From Trichinella spiralis (lineage: Eukaryota): a stretch of DNA of 36,273 bases. The position numbers were made by a program, and so were the translations under genes. A model generated the notes under the pieces. The model had not been told where the DNA came from and ran no database searches. It saw only the letters and a program-made list of their open reading frames with translations. The stretch's first letter is position 1. Each line of letters opens with the position of its first letter. The DNA is taken from assembly GCF_000181795.1 (NCBI RefSeq), contig NW_003526944.1, positions 5,479,816 to 5,516,088 of the forward strand, in the 5' to 3' direction. This document shows, piece by piece, positions 24,550 to 36,273 of this stretch.

Positions 24550-25941
24550 CCCTTTCAGGCCCACCGTATCAATTTTGATACATAATGTTTTATGCCCCAT
24601 AGCTATTTACTAAAACGTTTTTGTTAGCCATGCTTGTGTTTATGTGTTCTTGACATTTGTCTTAACAATATTTTATTGCTATTTTTTTTCTCATCTTAGT
24701 AGATTTTTTATAATGTGCTCTAATGTACAGGTAGGTAAGACGAAAAAACATGAATTTGCATTTTGATGCATAAATTGAGAATTGAGCAGAATTTAAGGAT
24801 AATAATTTTTTTACTAGTAGATGCTGATGTGAAGATGATGTTAAAATTAACTGCAGCCTCTAAAGTTTTTGGGGTGCTGAGTAGAGTTCCTTAGAATACC
24901 TGTATCAATTTTGATACACTGGGCTTTAACGGAAACTGCGCATCATGATTACTACACTCAGCGTACTCAGATTCGCTTGCCCAACCCCGTATTACTTTTC
25001 TGAGAAAAATCATTTAGGATGTCTAATGAATTATTGTCAGATGCAATCAATAACATTTCTAAAAGTTTTGCACCATCGCTCATATTTATTACTGAGATCG
25101 CGTCCTCACTACACGTCTAGTAGTTGCTGTAATTTGGTAGTTGCTGCCCCATGCACCTGTCAATAATTAAACGTTGAAATCCCAAACATTTTAAAAAATT
25201 ACAACATGAATATGGGTGGCATAGACCTGAAGAATATGCTTGCTGCTCTATACCGCATCGAACACAAAAGTCGAAAATGGACCCGTCGCATTTTCTTTTG
25301 GATCATCAGCACTGTCATGACAAATGCATGGCAACTATATAAGAGGGACAGAAAAGAGATGCCTGGTCCATGCACAGGCACACTGGACCTACTAAGCTTT
25401 ACTTGCCAAGTTAGTCAGTCCTTGTGTCTTGTGAACAAGCCTATTGCAACTTCCAGAAGCCATTCTCGTGCGTCTTCTCCAACGCCACCCCTGGCGTCAA
25501 GACGATTGGGAAGACGACCAACTGACGTCTCAAAAGAAGTAGCAAAGGACCAAACTAGCCACTGACCAAAAACCACTCAAACACTAAGAAGATGCAGACT
25601 GTGCTCTAAGTTAGCCACGTGCCTGTGCAAAAAATGCAGTATTTACCTATGCCTAAGTAGCAACTGAAACTGCTTTACAGAATTTCATAACTAAATAAAT
25701 ATTTCTTTGCCTATTACTGCATGATTGCGTACATAAGAAGAATAAACGTATGCACAATTAGTTATAGAAACGTGTACTCCTTTGAGGCCCAGTGTATCAA
25801 TTTTGATACAGCTCTAAAAATGGCAATAATATTCTTCAAACAATAAATCCTATTGGAAGTTTCATAAACACACCATAACATGTTTAAAACGCATATTTAA
25901 AAAAAGATTATTTCACAGAAAAAATTGCTGGTCTGAAAGGG
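24550..25941 (+). mobile_element. Internally deleted piggyBac element, family A copy 1
   Basis: TTAA|CCCTTTCAGG left end and CTGAAAGGG|TAA right end. Subterminal palindrome GTATCAATTTTGATAC at 24566, 24902 and 25794. Carries a transposase C-terminal remnant. Confidence 0.88.
25170..25694 (+). pseudogene. piggyBac transposase C-terminal fragment (PGBD-like)
   Basis: YNMNMGGIDL..MLAALYRIEHKSRKWTRRIFFWII...NAWQLY, then a cysteine-rich tail RRCRLCSKLATCLCKKCSIYLCL interrupted by stop codons. Confidence 0.88.
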
Positions 25942-26876
25942 TAACGAACTTGAAGAAGATATACATTGGTGAAGTGAAATAAATTTGCATGTTAATAATA
26001 TTTTCCATAATATTATATGAAATGTAAATGGAGCGTGCATTACTTGAAATGTTTACCCTATTACAAATTGAAAATTATCTTATTCGATCTAAAGTAAAAT
26101 ATTTCACTATTTGCTCCTTTACTGGTATTCAGTTTCATGGTCTGATATTGTTCATTGTATCACTGTATAATCTTGGACTTCAATTTTCTTCTTCAGTTAT
26201 TATCTATGATTGAAAGGTATGACAGTGTATATTATCTGTGATAGTCATCTGTACTTTTATAACTTGGGAAAGACATTCGATGCTATTATTTGTCTGAGTT
26301 TGCTCAGATGCTTGTTGGAATTCACTGATTGCTTGCACTATTTATTTTATATTTTTAATAAGCATCTTTGAACATTCCCAGCCTGGCATCTATTAAGTCT
26401 ACAATTTTTTATTTATCTGTATGCATATGTAAATTAGTACAAGTCACCTTTAAAGCTTAGTGATTTGTAAATCAATGCTATAAATATAGTTATCCAAACG
26501 GAAAAGAATTGAAATCTGACATCGGAAGTTATTAAATGGAAATTGAAAGCATGTAAGCATAACAAATTTGATTATTATGCTGCATGATGATTTTGAAAGT
26601 CAGATGAAGTTGTAGCATGAAGTGATGGAAAATAATCGCTATAAGTTAATAATATGCGTAGTTTTCAAGAGAGTATGATTTGTTGACTTGCATATTTTTT
26701 GTAATAACTTTCTTAGTCATTTTTCACCAGCTTTATTTTGTGTGCTGTGCGATTGAGATGCAAATTAAAAATGGCCGTTTTGCTGAATAATCTATGGAAA
26801 GGAGTTTAATGGAAATTTATATGTTTGCTTTTGTGCTTCAATAATTTGTTCACCATTTGAACCGTGGTGTTTTTAA

Positions 26877-27497
26877 CCTATCTCAGGTCAAGCGAAATTT
26901 TTACTTCAAACGGTCAAGTGGGGTGCAAAATGTACCCCATGCATTTTTTTTGCAATTGCGTCGCTTTTTTTTGAAAAACAAATGATTTTTTATTAATTTT
27001 CTGAATATAAACGATTTTAACTGTCTTCAAATCAAATCAGTTCAGGCATAATTTCTACAAACTTTACATCTATACAATGCTTCCCTAATTGCATGCTGTC
27101 TGCATACCCACTTTTGGCAGGTGGAGCATTGGAAATCTGTTTTCTGGTCATTTTTTCTTGGGCAGATGCTACATCTACCACGCTTTCTTCCCATTTAAGA
27201 TGAGGACTGTTCTTCCTCTCTAAGCTGTTCACTCTGAATGGGTGATTCCAAGTTTTCGTGCAGCACTCAGAACATTGCATGGTAGATTTGTGATTGTGTT
27301 GATTCTGTGCTGGACATGCGATTCATCCGCTATAATTCCTGATCTATTAATTATTTTCGCTTGAAAAAATGTATATCGTGTAGAATTGTATAAAATTTAG
27401 CTGTAGATAAATCTGGCCTAAAACTATGCAGTGCGGTAGAGATATTTGCAAAAAACAGCGCTAGGGTAAAGATGCCCCCCACTTGACCTACGAAGGG
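26877..27497 (-). mobile_element. Non-autonomous piggyBac element, family B
   Basis: TTAA on both sides (26873-26876 and 27498-27501) and imperfect TIRs CCTATCTCAGGTCAAG / CTTGACCTACGAAGGG. The minus strand retains a Cys-rich domain GRKRGRCSICPRKNDQKTDFQCSTCQKWVCRQH. Confidence 0.82.
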
Positions 27498-27730
27498 TTA
27501 ATAGAAAGCTGAACGTATCCAAAAAGACTGATTTTTTATTTATTTTCACTTCTTTAAAGTAATTTATGTAATGCGATGTAACCGAAGACCAGAACGAGGA
27601 GAATCAGTATATAGTGATAAGTTCCATTTCTTTTCAGCTAAAAGTCAAATGCGAGATGTTGCTATTTGTTCGCTTTGCCACGTAAAGCTGGACGCGGGCC
27701 TCAAATTTCAGTTCAAATAAATTTTATTTT

Positions 27731-27999
27731 TGTTGGGACACATTGTTGATTGAGAAGATTTCCTATTATGCTAGAAGATAAAAGTATCATGCTTGACCAT
27801 CTTTATATTCCTACTGTGTGACTCTCCTCCTTCTTAGTCACGTGTGTATGCGTGTCAGTAGTCGTGTTGCATTCTTTGTCCTTTTTAACTTACTCGTATC
27901 GTGTGTGTTCAGTTGTGTTTTGGTCAATAAATAGCAGAAAACGCTTTACCGTTGTACGTTAACTCACCACAGCAATAAACCTTCCTCGAATATACAACA
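27731..27999 (+). mobile_element. Solo LTR of an LTR retrotransposon (Copia- or BEL/Pao-type termini)
   Basis: TGTTG...CAACA inverted termini, 5-bp TSD ATTTT on both sides, internal AATAAA, 269 bp. Confidence 0.65.
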
Positions 28000-28149
28000 A
28001 TTTTATTTATTTTATATTATTTTAAACAGTTTAACATTTAAGTTTATTTTTTATTTTAAGTCTGTATTATTTATTATTTAAGCTTAATATTTTAAGTTTT
28101 ATTTATAATTTTTAAGTTGTCCTATACGCTTCTCTTAGTAGAACACATT

Positions 28150-28860
28150 GTGCATCTGTAATGGCCATGGGTCAGAAAAAGATATAAAAGGAGAGTAATT
28201 ACGGCAACCTTTTTTACATTTGTTCGACCATCGTCATGGACTATGACTTCAGTGTGCGTTTTACTCGAAGTGGAAGAGTAATCCAGAAGCCCATTGTGTT
28301 GCATGATGCTGATATATCTGATCCAGAAACAGTGAGGTCGATAAGCAGTCTGTAACTGTCATTTAAAGTTCAGCAGAGCTGATGTCAGAAGATAAGGAAC
28401 TTGAGCCCTTCAGCAAGACGGAGTATACGTGGATAAAGAAAGCAGTCCGTCATTTCAGGGTATATTTCCTTTAGTAATGTGCTTCTAGTAAATGAATATC
28501 TGCATCTACAAAAACAGAATCTTGTTCTCGATGTGTTTTGTGAGAACCAGTAGATTACTTTAGCAGAGATTAAATTTCTGACTTCTGAAGCTCATTGTTG
28601 AGCGGTCTCATATTTATGTCACCCTATGTAGCTCCAACTTTCAAACAAATAAATCTGAATTGGAAACCTTTCCTGAAGTGCTGCTGAAAATGGGTCTTGT
28701 CCTGATGCCTCAGTATTCCATGTACTAGTCTGTTGAGCTCTGATGTGATGCCATCTCAGATACAATCGGCAGAAACAGATTCAAGGAGATGATTCAGTAT
28801 CTTCATAACGACAACTTTGGAGAGCCTCAATTATGTTCGACTTTTCAAAGATTGATCATT
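28150..28860 (+). pseudogene. Degraded piggyBac transposase N-terminal fragment
   Basis: ELETFPEVLLKMGLVLMPQYSMY*SVEL*CDAISDTIGRNRFKEMIQYLH resembles the piggyBac N-terminal conserved block. Multiple stops; boundaries approximate. Confidence 0.7.
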
Positions 28861-28875
28861 AATTAAAAGCAGTAA

Positions 28876-30270
28876 TTCTTTCAGACCCAGCGTATCAAGT
28901 TTGATACATAATGTTTTGTGCCCCATAGCTATTGACGGAAGCGTGATTGTTAGCTATGCTTGTGTTAATGTGTTCTTGACGCTTTCTTAACTATATTTTA
29001 TTTTTCGTTTTTTCTCATCTTGGTAGATTTTTTTATAATGCATTCTTTCGTGCATGTAGGTGAGGCCAAAAAATGAATTTGCATTTTGATGTATAAATTG
29101 AGAACTCAGCTATCCAAACTTAAGGATTAATTGAGCTTAACAACGTAGAAATAATAATTTTTACTGGTAGATATTAATGTGAAGATGGGGAACGCGCGTT
29201 TCGCTCGACTAGATCTGGCGCACACATTGTAGAGCAGTATGCTGTAAATGGGGCTTCAAGGTTATTTCTCCTGCCGGTAAGCCGGGTTTATTTTATGATT
29301 TCATATTTTACGACGCGAAAAATCTGATTGTCGAGGACTCACTGTTTTTTCAAATGGCAAATTATGTATTAAAACTGTGTGAAACGTTGCCAAAGAGCAG
29401 AAACTACAAACTGTTCTTTGACAATTACTACACATTTCTTGAATTACAACTGCGGCTAAAAAATGGGAATCCTATCCTGTGGGACCATTAGACCAAACAG
29501 ACTTCGTGGCTGCCCGCCGCTCTCTGAGAAAGATCTAAAGTCAAGCGGCAGAGGTGCTTATGACTCTAGAACGGACGCTTGGTATGACAACAGACACGTC
29601 TTAGCGACATCGACATATATTGGTGTAAAGCCAAAAACAGCTGTGAGGAAGACGGTGAAAAGTAATAGGCGCTAAAATCCCAAATATTGAAAAAATTACA
29701 ACATGTATATGGGTAGTATAGACCTGAACAACATGATCGCTGCTCTATACGGCATAGAACGCAAAAGTCGAAAGTGGAATCGTCGCATTTTCTTTTGGAT
29801 CACTAGCACTGCCATGTTATGCCAATCCATAGAAACTTTATAAGAGGCGCAGCAAAAGATGCCTGGAGCAAGCACAGGCACAAAGCTTCACTTGCCAAGT
29901 TAGTCAGTCGCTGTGTCTTGTGAACAAGCCTATTACAGCTTCCAGAGTTCAATCTTGTGCATATTTTTCAAGGCTACCCCTGCCGTCACGACGAATGGAA
30001 AGACGACTGACCAACTGACGTCTCAACAAAAATGGCAAAGGATCAAACTGGCCACTGGCCAGAAATCACACAAATTTGAAGAAGATGCAGACTGTGGTCT
30101 ACATCAGCCACATGCCTGTGCAATAAATGCAGTGTTTACAAATGCCTAATTAGCAACAGAAACTACTTTGTAGAATTTCATAACCAGCCATTGATTTGCC
30201 AATTATTGCACGTCTATGTACTCAAGAGCAATAAACGTTTTCACGCTTAGTTCCAATAACATGTACCTCT
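28876..30270 (+). mobile_element. piggyBac family A copy 2 with decayed DDD-domain transposase fragments; right end missing
   Basis: Left end and GTATCAAGTTTGATAC palindrome align with 24550-24840. Fragments KWGFKV, LCETLPKSRNYKLFFDNYYTFLEL...GILSCGTIRPNRLRGCP, WYDNRHV and YNMYMGSIDL are present. The 3' part parallels 25170-25780. Confidence 0.88.
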
Positions 30271-31417
30271 AACTGACAAGCATCAAAAGTTTAATTCGAA
30301 TACGTCATTCAATTTCTACAACAGTACACACAAATTTAGTTATCTAAATGAGGTGAGTTTGACTATTTTTCTGTACGTTGCATTTCATTACATCAGAGTA
30401 CTGTAGAACATACATGAGGAAAATACATACATTTTTATGAATTTACAGTCACTGAGCATAATTATATTAAGCATTAGTAAGAATAGATCTGTTTTGCGCA
30501 AAATTTTTTGTTTAAGTTCAACTGCAGTTTGTAAAGGTATTTAAATTTTGAAAAAGAAAGCAAATATAAGATAAACAAATTATTATTAAAAGTAAAATAG
30601 TTTAAGCATGGAAATGGACTTCTGCTAAAAGTTGAATTTTTTATATCGCATATTTGGTTGAGATGCTATTATGATTTATTATTCAAGAGGAAATCTAATA
30701 AGGGTTGAGTTTTAGCCAAGAACGTTACAAGCGTACTATACAAATCAGCTTTGCTAAAAAATCATTTCTTTTCTAGCATCTCTCATTCATTCAACGCACA
30801 ACTAGTGCTGCGGCATTATATTTCATTAATCTTTTGAAAATCAAAATCATTTAATATTTCTACATCGATTACAATTTTTTATATTCAAAAACTGAACAAA
30901 TTATCTGAAATTCAATGGTAGCAAATTAATATTATTCATTAGTAGTGTAATTAAAGAAAATAGAAAAGTTAAGCTGAGCTATAGAATAACATTTTAATAA
31001 AATGTATTTACTGATTTTCATGCTGCAAATCTAAGAATATAGTCAAAGTATGATCAAATATGGAAACAACAATATTTTCCTTTTGTGCAGATTTTCCCCC
31101 ACATTTAATTCTAAATTTAGAACAATACGTTAGACAGCAACACGTACATTAATTCTGTTTGCAAGCATTTCTACCCTTTAGTTTTATTATTTTCACTCGT
31201 TTTTTTCATAAAAAAAGTTTAATCAAAAACAAAGCTGTGCTTTTTATGATAATAATCATTTCAAATATGAAAGGAAAGAATTTCAACATTAATTAACGGA
31301 AATTATTTACATAAAAATTTTATAAAATTCTAAACAAATGAGTTAAAAATAAAAAATTAAATGACAACAATAATTTATACTGCTAATTATGAATATAAAA
31401 AATGTTTTATTAGACTT

Positions 31418-31609
31418 GACGGTGCAGACGTATGCATGTTTGTATTCCACTGTATTAGATGATGTGGCGCTTTCAGTACCAACGACAAGTATCGCTAATC
31501 ATGCGATTCCTCAGTTACGAGCATAATGCATATGAAATCAACGCTATGAGCTCAGCCAGTCATCTAGTAACAATGCCCTTCAATAAAAATGCGGCCACTC
31601 CCCGATTTT
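31418..31609 (+). ncRNA. Small structured RNA candidate, array unit 1
   Basis: TATGAATA at -30, divergent leader GACGGTGCAGACG...TTTGTATTCCACTG, stem TAGATGAT-G-TGGC / GCCA-GTCATCTA, first TTTT at 31606. Confidence 0.45.
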
Positions 31610-31843
31610 ACAATTTTTCAAATAAAATTCATGCAGAAAATAGCAAACAAATTTATATACGTAAATGATAAGATGAAATATTTTCATTTTCATGTTGCGA
31701 GTAAATTTAAATTTTTATTATAAAATTAATTTTTTGATATGTGATTTCTTCTCTTATATGTTTCTAATAATTATCAACAGTGAATATCGTGAACAATAAT
31801 ATTTTGCTCTAATTGTAAATATCAAAATAATTTCATTCTCAGT

Positions 31844-31989
31844 GGCAGTGGAAACGTTCGCTCGTTCGTATTCCACTGATGGTTGATGTGTTGGGTTGTG
31901 CACTCTTACAAAGTGCGCAAATGTCCCGCAGGACAGTGCAAACCTACTTACCACTTCATAAAAACGCAACAGAGTTCAAATCATATTTT
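31844..31989 (+). ncRNA. Small structured RNA candidate, array unit 2
   Basis: TGTAAATA at -30, hairpin CAGTGGAA/TTCCACTG containing GTTCGTATTCC, GTG/CAC stem, inner hairpins TGTGCACT/AGTGCGCA and TGTCC/GGACA. Confidence 0.5.
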
Positions 31990-33013
31990 GAATTATTATT
32001 ATTTTTTAATTTTACATAATTAAAAGTAATTTGTAAATTACATTTTTGATTTTGCTAATTTTGTTTGTCACAGCGAAAAACCAGAGTCTTTACATTTTTC
32101 TGAAAAGCTTTTCGTCATGAGTTCCATTTATGTGGGTCATTTTCGAATTTTCAAATCTCAGATTCAGGCATGCGGGGGCGTGTTTTGTCTAAGTGAATTT
32201 TTTGTTATGGCGTTTTCTGCCCGGTAAGTTATATTTTGACTGAATTTTAAATATCAAGGTCATTTTTGAATTTTTAAAATGTTTTCATTGGTTAAATTTG
32301 GCAGGGTATCTCAATGTTTTACGCATCATTATTCTTTTTTAATGCAATGCACTCGCTAGATCATCCGGCTACTTTACATGAACTGCTATTATTTCAATTA
32401 TGTCCGCTAATTTATAATCATTGAGCATGATTATATTAAGCATTATTAAGAATAGATCTGTTCTGTGTAAAATCTTATGTTTAAGATCAACAGCAGTTTG
32501 TTCATGTATTTATATTTTTAAAAAGAAGACAAATATCTTATAAACAAATTATTATTAAAAGCGAATTACTGAAATCAATTAATATTTCCGCACCATTTAC
32601 AACTTTTTATATTCAAAAATTGAATAAATTAAGTGAAATTTAATTGTCGTAAATTAATATTATTCATTACATGTAGAGTAATGAGCGAAAATAAGAGAGT
32701 TAAGCTGAGCTAAGAAACTACTGAATAGTATTTGAATAAAATGTATTTATTCATTTTCACGTTGCAAAACTGATAATATAGTCGAAGTAGCATCTGATAT
32801 GGAGAAAACAGTATTTTCTTTTTTTGTAAATATTTTTTCACACAATTTGCATTTAATTTAAAGCAATACATTAGTCAGGAACGCGTATAGTAATTTTGTT
32901 TATGAACAATTCTACCCTTTAATTTTATTATTTATACTATTTTTCCATGAAAATTTTTTATGAAAATCAAAAGTTTGCTCTAATTATAAATATTAAAATT
33001 ATTTTTTTTAATT

Positions 33014-33151
33014 GGCAGTGGAAACGTCTGCATGTTCGTATTCCACTGATGGTTGATATGGTGGTTTGTACACTCTTACAAAGTGTGCATCCTGAGAGTT
33101 TAATATCTCCTTGCCGCAATGCAGGGAGGTAATACTATTGACCGTTTTTTT
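33014..33151 (+). ncRNA. Small structured RNA candidate, array unit 3
   Basis: TATAAATA at -29, conserved leader hairpin, closing stem GGTTGATA/TATTGACC, two inner hairpins, T7 tract directly after the stem. Confidence 0.6.
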
Positions 33152-33374
33152 CATCACTGAATCGTAATGGATTCCAACCAAAATATTCTATACAGCAAGT
33201 TCTTCAACTTTATTTTATCACTGCATTATTATTTCTGAAATTTTACATCATCTGAAATATTTGGTAAATTACATTTTTTGTTTGTTTACTTTTGTTTGTG
33301 AAAGCAATAAGCAGAAGTCTTTACATTTATATGTATTCTTAATTATAAATGTAAAGAAAAGTTTTATGGAAATC

Positions 33375-33515
33375 GGCGGTCGAGACGTTTGCTTGTTCGT
33401 ATTCCACTGTTGGTTGGTGCTAAGATTGAATACCTCAAAAATTTGAGGAGCAGTCGGCCTTAGACACGAAAAGCACTAATGGGCTCCGAGCAATATACGC
33501 TTTGCAACGTTTAAA
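33375..33515 (+). ncRNA. Small structured RNA candidate, array unit 4
   Basis: TATAAATG at -31, leader GGCGGTCGAGACG...GTTCGTATTCCACTG, stem TTGGTGCT/AGCACTAA, inner hairpin CCTCAAA/TTTGAGG. Terminator unclear. Confidence 0.45.
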
Positions 33516-33543
33516 ATAAATTTCATAGAGAAAACAGCAAAAG

Positions 33544-33544
<1 letters not shown>

Positions 33545-33592
<48 letters not shown>
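33545..33592. repeat. (TA)n microsatellite
   Basis: Uninterrupted TA dinucleotide run. Shorter (TA)n, (ATT)n and (CA)n runs occur near 7178-7202, 518-546 and 14828-14847. Confidence 0.95.
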
Positions 33593-33596
<4 letters not shown>

Positions 33597-33789
33597 AAAG
33601 ATAAAATAAAATATTCTTCTTTTCGTGCTAGACGTAAATTGAAATTTTCATTATAAGATTAACTTCTTGACATAATGTTTGTTTTTTCAAAATGCTGTAT
33701 TCTAACAAATTTATTAAAAATCAAGATGAATGTAACGAATAATAATATTTTGCTCTTATTATAAATACGAAAATTATTTCGTTCTGCTT

Positions 33790-33916
33790 GGCAGTGGAAA
33801 CGTTCGCTCGTTCGTATTCCACTGGTGGTTGATGTGGCCATTTGTGCACTCTTACAATGTGCGCAGATGTAGGTATTAGCAGCGAGGCAGCACGATCAAA
33901 AACTGCTTCTTTTTTT
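33790..33916 (+). ncRNA. Small structured RNA candidate, array unit 5
   Basis: TATAAATA at -30, conserved leader hairpin, stem TTGAT-GTG-GCC / GGC-AG-CAC-G-ATCAA, T-tract at about 33909-33916. Confidence 0.6.
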
Positions 33917-36273
33917 CCCAAAAGTTATTTGCACTTTTACTTATTATATTGCTTTTATTTTACGTAATTAGAAACACTTTGTAAATTACATTTTTGATTT
34001 GGCTAATTTTGTTTGTCAAAGCGAAAAATCAGAGTCTTTACATTTTCGTGAAAAGCTTCTCGCCATGAGTTCCATTTATGTGGGTCATTTTTGAATTTTC
34101 AAATCTCAAATTCAGACGTGCAGGGGCGGGTTTTGTCTAAGTTAATTATTTGTGTTAGCGTTCAGTCTCACAATTTATGTTTTAACCGAATCTTTAATTG
34201 GTGACCTCCGCCAGTCAAGTTCATTTCTGAATTTCCTAAAAGTCTTCATTGGATAAATTTAACAAGACATCTGAAATCAGATTCAGATAAGTTTAATGTA
34301 ACCGTCCCTACCTGCTGGATCAGTAAGTTTTTGTACATGAATGTCTATAATTTCCATAACGTCAGCGCCACGTTAGCATTCATCTTTGAGAATAATTTCA
34401 AATGCACTAAAACCCATTTCTAACGCCACAATATGCAAATCAGAGTCCTTTAAAAATTTCCTTACTCTCAGTAATCTTGTATTGGTTTCTGGCAAGTGGC
34501 AGCCATATGAAGATTCTCTGATTTTATTCGTGGCGGTCACTACTACTGAAGTCAGTTTTCAATTGCAGAAAGGCATCATATTTTTCTATTTTGGTTTCGT
34601 TTTTTACAAAGCCTTTGATACTTATTTTGTAAATAACTATCATTTAATTGAAAATAATTAATTGGATATAATTGAAAATTCAATTTCATATTTGTTGCAT
34701 CTTTTACTATGTGTTTAAAGCATCAAAATTTTTCATTTAATATCACTTTTACAGGAATAAAAATGGATAAAGAAAAAGTGAAAACGCAGACAACATGAAG
34801 TAAAACATGTGAACACAAAGGGTAAATGCGATTTTTTTCTATGCTGATTCTGTAACGTTTGGCTTGGGATGATTCTATAAACAGAAGTTATTCCTTTGTT
34901 TAATTAAGTTAGTGAAGTTTGTAATATGTTAGATGTAAGTAAGATATTTTTCAAAGTAAAACTGTATTTTTGTTTTCTTTTCATGTTGAAGTGAGGTGAA
35001 AATTTATCTTTATAAGAATTTCTATCTCACTTAAAGAATTTTTAATTCTGCGTGCAAAGTGTCGATCTATTATGCACATCATCATCTATTAAGTTGAAGT
35101 ATATTTCAAAAATGAAAGCATGGAAATATAATTAATAATTATAAATACAGTTCTATACAGTATACTAATTGCCAAATTACTGATAAGAAGGTTTGAAAGA
35201 AACGACCTCATCAGAGAAGAACGAACATTGCATCCATATTTGATATCTCGTTTCACTGGTGTGTGATTAGCGGTGGCGGTGCGTAACTTAACTGCAAGGG
35301 AAAAAAGCTGTATTCAGAAAAAAATTCAGTGTCAAAACTTTTTGTACTCATACTTTTTGTGCTTTGTATATTTCAGCGTCAGTATTTTTCTGTATTTACG
35401 TAGGTTTTGAATAAATATGCACAACAATTTTATACAGAATTCTGAAGTACATAAATCTATACATTGTAGGCTCTGATCAAATTCATTTTTCAATTTATTA
35501 CTTTGCGTAATAATCTAGATTTAACTGTAAAAGACGATAAATTTTTCAATTTTCACTTGCTTATAGCATTCAATTTCATTCTGAATTGAACAGGTGGAAT
35601 ATCTCTAAGCGGACAGTGTTCTCTATTATGCAGGTCAGAAAAATACTGTTTTCATACATAAATTATTTAATTTCATTATCATTTAATATTGTTTTTAAAA
35701 TTTTACATTATCAAAAAAATAAAGAAATCAAAATTTTCATCCAGTTAATTTTGTTGATCAAGCGGCGCAGCCAACGTGGGCACATTGTTTATATTATGTT
35801 GAGATTATGTCCTAATTCATCTCTGTGTAGCACATTCAACTTACTTACGCCGGTTTATTTGGCTGCATGCGCATTGCCTGACTTTTATGCAAATTGGCCA
35901 TTTGAAAATTGCCTTCATATTAGCAGAGCGCCAGTCAAACAGACTGTTGACTTATAGCAGGGTTGAACGGCATCTGATCAATTCATTTTCGCGTTAAATG
36001 TAATGCAAGATATGCTTTAAGATATGATAGAATGTTATCTCTTCAAGTATGTGCGTTGTCTAGTTTGTATGCAAATTTGAGTACATTTTCAATTTGTTTG
36101 CTTTTGAGCTTATGCGTGGCCCAAATAATGTTTGTCCAACGAAATGAAATACGTTTCATACTTGTTAATCAGTAGAAATGAACTTTATGTAAATTTTCCT
36201 GTGGCTACTATTAGTCGCTCCAGAAACTCATTTCAAATGATTGTAGGCGAACGATGTGCGGCGAATGAACAAT

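Larger units (their letters stand above)
30440..34270 (+). repeat. Diverged local duplications (about 30440-31240 vs 32410-32975; about 31640-32320 vs 33590-34270)
   Basis: Shared blocks such as GAGCATAATTATATTAAGCATTAGTAAGAATAGATCTG and GAGTTCCATTTATGTGGGTCATTTT recur in the same orientation. Boundaries approximate. Confidence 0.8.

Noticed and set aside
32150..32300. Spliced-leader RNA gene (GGTAAG plus U-rich Sm-like tracts; related copy near 34110-34260)
   Set aside because: No convincing 22-nt leader, donor, stem and Sm site in the right order, and the donor is not kept in the duplicate.
31418..33916. Recurrent 35-nt palindromic motif as a CRISPR-like repeat
   Set aside because: Eukaryotic context, irregular spacing of about 360-1170 bp, degenerate copies and no cas genes. 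Better explained as small RNA genes or local duplications.

Overview
AT-rich eukaryotic genomic DNA with short GT-AG introns and TTTCAG-type acceptors. It looks like a nematode, possibly Trichinella-like clade I; this is an inference, not a database result. The left 23.5 kb is gene-dense and holds six genes: (1) the 3' end of an MTA/LIN-40-type NuRD subunit; (2) intronless CIAO2B/FAM96B; (3) a 13-exon Klarsicht/UNC-83-like KASH protein whose KASH exon is missing from the ORF track; (4) a convergent Pez/PTPN14/21-like FERM gene that ends with no phosphatase domain; (5) PIG-T; (6) an ORF with no coding introns encoding only the N-terminal/DBINO part of INO80, with no ATPase. This part also has two Mutator-like MITEs, a GC-rich structured ncRNA candidate near 17.7-17.97 kb and a possible intronic C/D snoRNA. 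The 24.5-30.3 kb region contains decayed piggyBac elements and a solo LTR. The 31.4-33.9 kb region holds five diverged copies of an apparently unannotated small structured RNA gene (TATA at about -30, conserved 5' hairpin with a B-box-like motif, variable stem-bulge body, T-tract); this is the best candidate for a new system. Exon models were read by hand and checked for frame. Family calls rest on recalled motifs and were not searched.
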